From Azolla caroliniana (lineage: Eukaryota; Plantae; Polypodiophyta): a stretch of 64,000 bases of DNA. The position numbers and the translations under genes are program-made. The notes below the pieces were generated by a model. It had not been told where the DNA came from, made no database searches, and worked only from the letters and a program-made list of their open reading frames with translations. Positions 63,138 through 64,000 of this stretch are shown one piece after another. The first letter of the stretch is position 1; each line of letters starts with the position of its first letter. The stretch is taken from NCBI GenBank assembly GCA_043228905.1, contig JBHGNT010000005.1, forward strand, positions 10,788,001-10,852,000, written 5' to 3'.

Positions 63138-64000
63138 ATCCCACTTAAGTACAAGGTCCTATTTAAGGCGTTATAGTCAACACTTTTAACTAGATTTTAT
63201 CTAGGTAACTACGAAGTTACATTGTTGACTAACTAACTAAACTAAATTGAGCTTGATCTCTCAACAGGCCCCCTCAAGCTCAAGTGTGAGGCATCCAACA
63301 TCCGTTTTGGCTTTTGTCGGCTTCGTGTGCTTCCGTCCAGCTTTCTGCTTTCTTCGTTGTGGCAATCTCAGTTCCTCCCCCTCAAGCCGATGACGAAGGC
63401 TTGTTGTGTGTGGGTAAAGGTCGACTACTTCCACCCATTGTGGGTTACGAGCCGCTTTGGTGGAGCTCTTGGGCTCTTGTTCGGCCGCTACCTTCATCGT
63501 GAATGTGTAATGATGGGCCATGTACTCGTTGTAGCCGTACCGAGTGATGGGGTTCTTAGCTCTAGATGAGCGTCGAAGTTTTTCGCTCGACGATGTGAGC
63601 GCCTTCTTTACTCCGGGTGTACGCATGATGGGTACACCAAACTCACTGTCTAGTGAGGGAGTCGATCCATCCGAATCATTGTTGTCGGGGTGGTCGACTT
63701 TGTATTCAGGCATCTTACCTTTGCCTTTGTCCAAGTTCGTACTTGGCCGCGACGTGCTTGGGTCGCGTGGGGGCTCTTGTGGCCCACTAGGCTTTGCTGT
63801 AATCCGTCTTTCTTCGAACATGTGTTCGAAGCGATCTCCATCTTCTACCTCTGGTTCGGCGGATTACGGGTCGAGCGGAGTCGGAGTCGAAGTTGTCTCT
63901 AGTGCGTACCAGGATGCGGACTTGTCGAAGACTACGGCTCGACTTACCCGAACCACTCGAGTAGAAGGGTTGTAGCACTTGTATGCTTTCTTCTCTGATG
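63138..64000 (-). mobile_element. Internally deleted copia F, related to copia C (truncated 3' LTR 63266-63138)
   Basis: YKCYNPST...DKGKGKMPEY...YGYNEYMAHHY as in copia C, then a jump to the RH tail and PPT; LTR begins TGTTGAG at 63266. Confidence 0.8.

Overview
Eukaryotic land-plant nuclear DNA; a fern or other non-flowering lineage is inferred from the TE families and microsatellites. Two intact intron-containing host genes are transcribed divergently: CCS1 (chloroplast cytochrome c biogenesis, 8 exons, minus strand, 10132-6777) and a WDR76-like WD40 gene (5 exons, plus strand, 12733-15998). Most of the rest is transposon sequence. It includes a chromovirus 3' end and a copia remnant (1-3327), a hAT MITE with a triplicated right end, and an Athila-like gypsy with a large extra ORF. 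A four-insertion nest (27.9-56 kb) consists of a Tcn1/sushi-like gypsy split by three copia elements, one of which carries a very young, apparently intact gypsy in its 3' LTR. The window ends with a LINE fragment and a 1.27-kb tandem array built from a copia 3' end. No prokaryote-type system is present. The most notable observations are a textbook -1 frameshift pseudoknot placed after the protease, a hairpin enclosing the PPT that is shared by three copia elements with different LTRs, sharply contrasting CG/CHG compositional signatures between TE families, and (AG)n microsatellites abutting splice acceptors in both host genes. All alignments and counts were done by eye.
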